DNA of 64,000 nucleotides, taken from the sequence record DRR378314_1792. One strand, 5' to 3'. Positions within the stretch are counted from its first letter, which is position 1. The number at the start of each line of letters is the position of its first letter. A program made the translations under genes and the position numbers. This document shows positions 60,214 to 64,000 of the stretch, in pieces. Below the pieces are notes generated by a model, which had not been told where the DNA came from, searched no databases, and was given only the letters and a program-made list of their open reading frames with translations.

Positions 60214-60841
60214 TCCTTCTCCCGCATCCGGGATTAAAAAAGAACCTGAGCGGAAATGTGCAGCAACTGCTCAGGTTTACCCCAAAAGGGATCTCTTGAG
60301 GTTCGCGATATCGCCTGATGGGGTGTTGGTACCAGATTTATCCGAGACACTGCCGGGTCGAGGTATCTGGGTCAAATGTCAAAAGCAGGTCGTCGAAGAG
60401 GCGTTGAAAAAAAATGCCTTTTCCCGATCTGCCAAACGACAGGTAACCGTGCCTGAAGCCCTTGTCGAACAGATCGACAGAGCTTTATTGGATCGGTGTT
60501 TAAGCATGCTGGGCCTTGGAAAAAAGGCCGGTTTTTTGAAAACTGGCTTTATGAAGGTAGAAGCATCTTTAAAAGCAGGTAAAGCTGCTGTATTAATTGC
60601 GGCAATTGATGGCGCAGATGACGGCAAAGAGAAACTGCAAAGGCTTGCGAAAGGCCTTCCGCTGATTGAAGTGTTCAGCATTGCAGAGTTAAGTCAGACA
60701 CTTGGACAGGAAAATGCAGTCCATGTGTCTATGGCCCGAAATGGGTTGACTGAGAAATTTTTGATCGAGGTTTCCAGGCTGCAAAGCTACAGAAACCCTG
60801 ATCTTGTAGGTAGAGAACCGGGTCGGAGTAGGAATGACTGA
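60194..60841 (+). CDS. YlxR (DUF448) plus L7Ae-like RNA-binding protein
   Basis: [28 protein letters not shown]; between nusA and infB; start GTG 60188/60194 uncertain. Confidence 0.88.
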   Translation: MKRTKTNPSPASGIKKEPERKCAATAQVYPKRDLLRFAISPDGVLVPDLSETLPGRGIWVKCQKQVVEEALKKNAFSRSAKRQVTVPEALVEQIDRALLDRCLSMLGLGKKAGFLKTGFMKVEASLKAGKAAVLIAAIDGADDGKEKLQRLAKGLPLIEVFSIAELSQTLGQENAVHVSMARNGLTEKFLIEVSRLQSYRNPDLVGREPGRSRND

Positions 60842-63497
60842 TACAAACGACAAGGGTGGGCGCAAATCGCTTAGCCTGAACAAACCGCTGGAAATGAAGA
60901 AAAATGCCGGTGACAGCGGCCAGGTTCGCCAGAATATTAGCCATGGTCGCTCGAAGACCGTGCAGGTGGAAGTGCGCAAAAAACGGGGTGCGGCTCCAGC
61001 AGCCAGCGCGCCGAAGACAGCTGTCACCCCTAAGACAACGAACGCACCGAAGAAAACCCTAAGCGTGAAAAAAGGCTCATCCGGTGGTGGTCGGACTGAT
61101 GCCGCCGCAGGTCGTTTGACCCAGGGCGAACAATCCGCTCGGGCACAGGCCCTTGCCCTTTCTCAACAGCAACGGGAAGAGCAAGCAAAGCTTGATGCTC
61201 TGAAAGCTGCTGAAGATCAAAAACGGGCAGCGGAAGAAGAAGCTCAGCAAAAACTGGCTGAAAAAGACCAAAAAGAAACCGAACGGCAAACAAAGCGCCG
61301 CTCTCCTGAAGAGCGACGTCGTGCCGAAGAAGAAGAAGCTCGCCGTCTGACGGAAGAAGCGGAAGCGACAAAAGAAGCCCAGGCTGCTAAACATCGCGAG
61401 AAAAACAAGGCGAAAGCAGCCGAAGTTGACGCGAAACCAGAGGCACCAAAACGGACAGAGCGTCCAGCCCGGACGACTGCCCCGCAAGATGGTGGCGATG
61501 TTGAAGATACAGGGCGGGATCGCACTGGCGTTAAAAAGAAAATCACCAAACCCGGCCGAACTGCCGGTGACGATAAAACGGCTTCTCCTCGTCGTTCTAT
61601 GGAACAGCGGCGCCGTTCAGGTCGCCTGACGATTGGCGAAGCACTTGATGATCGTGGACCTAAACAGCGCTCTTTGGCGGCTGTAAAACGGGCTCGCAGA
61701 AAACAGCAGATGCAGCCCGAAGAAATGCGGCAAAAGGTTTATCGTGAGGTAACCGTTCCAGAGGCTATTTCCGTTCAGGAACTTGCCAATCGGATGACCG
61801 AACGGGTCGTCGATGTCGTTAAAGCCCTGATGAAATTGGGAATCATGGCAACACCGCAACAAACCATTGACGCGGATACGGCAGAACTGATTGTGACCGA
61901 TCTGGGGCATACACCAAAACGCGTTGCAGCCTCTGATGTGGAAATCGGGCTGGGTGGTACGGATGACGATGAACCTGATAAGCTGATCTCAAGAGCACCA
62001 GTTGTCGCCATTATGGGCCACGTTGACCATGGTAAGACGTCCTTGCTGGATGCTATGCGGAAAACGGACGTTGCTGCAGGCGAAGCCGGCGGGATCACGC
62101 AGCATATTGGTGCGTATCAGGTCAACCTGGAATCTGGTGAGGTTATTACCTTCCTGGATACTCCTGGCCATGAAGCTTTTACCGCAATGCGGATGCGCGG
62201 CGCTAAAGTAACTGATGTGGTCATTCTTGTGGTTGCTGCTGACGATAGTGTCATGCCGCAAACCATTGAGGCGATTAAACACGCCAAGGCGGCTGAAGTT
62301 CCAATTATTGTGGCCATCAACAAAGTTGATAAACCTGGTGCAGATCCAAATAAAGTTCGCCAGGAACTGTTGCAGCATGAAGTCTTCGTGGAAGAAATGG
62401 GCGGTGATGTTCTGTCTGTTGAAGTGTCTGCGCTGAACGGCACAGGCCTGGATAAACTGCAGGAAGCGATCCTTCTTCAGGCTGAGGTTCTGGAACTGAA
62501 AGCGAATGCAAACCGAAGTGCGCAAGGCTCTGTTGTTGAAGCTAAAATTGAGACCGGCCGCGGCATGGTAGCAACTGTTCTTGTTAAGCGTGGTACATTG
62601 CGTATCGGTGACAACTTTGTTGCCGGACCTGCCTACGGTAAGGTCCGTGCCCTATTGGATTATCGCGGAAACCAAGTGGAAGAAGCGGGACCGTCTGTTC
62701 CTGTTGAAGTCCTGGGTATTCAAGGTAATCCAGAAGCCGGTGACGAATTTATCGTAACTGAAAATGAAGCGAAGGCGAGAGAGATTGCCAGCTATCGTGA
62801 TCAGTTAGCGAAAGAGAAGAAAGTCACTGCGTCAGCCCGGGGCTCCATCGAACAGATGTTCACAGCAATTCAGGAAGGAACTGCTGATGAACTTCCTGTG
62901 GTGATCAAAGCAGATGTTCAAGGCTCTGCTGAAGCCATTGCCACCTCGCTGGAAAAACTGGAAACTGACGAAGTTAAGGTCAACGTCCTGTTATCCGCTG
63001 TTGGTGGTATTACCGAATCTGACGTCAACCTGGCTGCTGCCTCTAACGCCATGATTATCGCATTTAATACGCGTGCGAATAAACAGGCTCAGGAAGCGGC
63101 AAAAGCCCAAGGTATTGATATTCGATACTATTCCGTCATCTATAATGTCATTGATGATGTCAGAGGTATGCTGTCGGGCATGCTGGCACCGACATTGCGA
63201 GAAGATTTCCTTGGTTATGCGGAAATCCGCGAAGTCTTCAATATTACCAAGGTTGGTAAAATTGGTGGCTGCATGGTAACCGAAGGAAATGTGAAACGCG
63301 GTGCCAAAGTTCGCTTGCTTCGCGATGACATTGTGATCCACGAGGGCACATTGGCAACTCTGAAACGCTTTAAAGACGAAGTCAAAGAAGTTAAATCTGG
63401 CATGGAATGTGGTATGGCTTTCGAGAATTACCATGACATCCAGACTGGCGATTTCATCGAGTGTTTCGAAGTGGTTGAAGTGGCCAGAGAACTCTAG
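60834..63497 (+). CDS. infB: Translation initiation factor IF-2
   Basis: [28 protein letters not shown]. Confidence 0.99.
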   Translation: MTDTNDKGGRKSLSLNKPLEMKKNAGDSGQVRQNISHGRSKTVQVEVRKKRGAAPAASAPKTAVTPKTTNAPKKTLSVKKGSSGGGRTDAAAGRLTQGEQSARAQALALSQQQREEQAKLDALKAAEDQKRAAEEEAQQKLAEKDQKETERQTKRRSPEERRRAEEEEARRLTEEAEATKEAQAAKHREKNKAKAAEVDAKPEAPKRTERPARTTAPQDGGDVEDTGRDRTGVKKKITKPGRTAGDDKTASPRRSMEQRRRSGRLTIGEALDDRGPKQRSLAAVKRARRKQQMQPEEMRQKVYREVTVPEAISVQELANRMTERVVDVVKALMKLGIMATPQQTIDADTAELIVTDLGHTPKRVAASDVEIGLGGTDDDEPDKLISRAPVVAIMGHVDHGKTSLLDAMRKTDVAAGEAGGITQHIGAYQVNLESGEVITFLDTPGHEAFTAMRMRGAKVTDVVILVVAADDSVMPQTIEAIKHAKAAEVPIIVAINKVDKPGADPNKVRQELLQHEVFVEEMGGDVLSVEVSALNGTGLDKLQEAILLQAEVLELKANANRSAQGSVVEAKIETGRGMVATVLVKRGTLRIGDNFVAGPAYGKVRALLDYRGNQVEEAGPSVPVEVLGIQGNPEAGDEFIVTENEAKAREIASYRDQLAKEKKVTASARGSIEQMFTAIQEGTADELPVVIKADVQGSAEAIATSLEKLETDEVKVNVLLSAVGGITESDVNLAAASNAMIIAFNTRANKQAQEAAKAQGIDIRYYSVIYNVIDDVRGMLSGMLAPTLREDFLGYAEIREVFNITKVGKIGGCMVTEGNVKRGAKVRLLRDDIVIHEGTLATLKRFKDEVKEVKSGMECGMAFENYHDIQTGDFIECFEVVEVAREL

Positions 63498-63533
63498 GTC
63501 AGACCAGAGTCAACAGAATCTACGATTGATTAC

Positions 63534-63557
63534 TCAGGGGCCGATCGCGGCCCCTGA
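63534..63557 (+). other. Stem-loop between infB and rbfA
   Basis: TCAGGGGCCG-ATCG-CGGCCCCTGA perfect 10-bp stem. Confidence 0.65.
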
Positions 63558-63584
63558 CCTTATTCTGCTGAAAGTTAATTTGAT

Positions 63585-64000
63585 ATGGCTAGTCGAAAAT
63601 CCCCTGCAAGATCAGCGAGTAAACGGCAACTTCGTGTCGGAGAACAGCTGCGCCATATCATTTCGGAAGTTCTCGCCGAAGGCAATATTCACGACCCAGA
63701 TGTATCCGGAACATCCGTAACAGTAACCGAAGTCCAGCCAAGCCCGGACATGCGGAACGCAACTGTTTATGTGATCCCTCTAGGTGGCATTAACGAGGTG
63801 GCAATTATCAAAGGCCTGAACAGGTCAAACGGTTTTATCCAGTCTGAGGTGGGAAGGCAGCTCAGCATGAAATTCACGCCGCGCCTGACTTTCAAAAAAG
63901 ACGAATCTTTCGAATATGGTGATCATATTGACACCCTGCTCCGAAAAAACGCGACTGATGACCCAAAAGATCAGGACCCGGAAGATCGGGACCCGGAAAC
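63585..64000 (+). CDS. rbfA: Ribosome-binding factor A (3' end runs off window)
   Basis: Manual translation MASRKSPARSASKRQLRVGEQLRH...VTVTEVQPSPDMRNATVY...MKFTPRLTFKKDESF; not in ORF track. Confidence 0.95.
   Translation, partial: MASRKSPARSASKRQLRVGEQLRHIISEVLAEGNIHDPDVSGTSVTVTEVQPSPDMRNATVYVIPLGGINEVAIIKGLNRSNGFIQSEVGRQLSMKFTPRLTFKKDESFEYGDHIDTLLRKNATDDPKDQDPEDRDPE

Noticed and set aside
1-64000. CRISPR arrays, IS elements, integrases, prophage, tRNA or rRNA genes
   Set aside because: No repeat-spacer pattern, transposase or integrase motif, or structural RNA signature seen; intergenic gaps are all under about 280 bp.

Overview
A 64-kb, gene-dense chromosomal segment from an alphaproteobacterium. 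The evidence is the gene order, MucR/Ros, CtrA-type boxes and CTTGAC-N17-CTATAT-like promoters; a marine Rhodospirillales/Sneathiella-like lineage is only my impression. Most of it is core genome: the his operon (hisB-DUF2628-hisH-GNAT-hisA-hisF-hisE-HIT), hslVU, maeB, mutS, glnD-murJ-trpS, and the conserved run tsaB-rimI-mucR-fur-acyltransferase-miaB-phoH-ybeY-corC-lnt-XRE-metK-trmB-rimP-nusA-ylxR-infB-rbfA. The standout is a ~17-kb locus (8.3-25.4 kb) of unassigned function. It combines a SAM methyltransferase, a membrane class III adenylate cyclase, an Opp/Dpp-type importer, a small membrane protein, a NodB-type deacetylase, three glycosyltransferases and a histidine phosphatase. Divergent from these are an ABC exporter-like protein with a degenerate, internally repeated ATPase domain and a stand-alone cNMP-binding protein. 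Other notable signals: tandem NrdR-like boxes plus a perfect CtrA box upstream of a Bax/GH73 peptidoglycan hydrolase, a pseudo-Hpt/pseudo-receiver protein, and an orphan MocR-type operator pattern. I saw no rRNA, tRNA, CRISPR array or mobile element.
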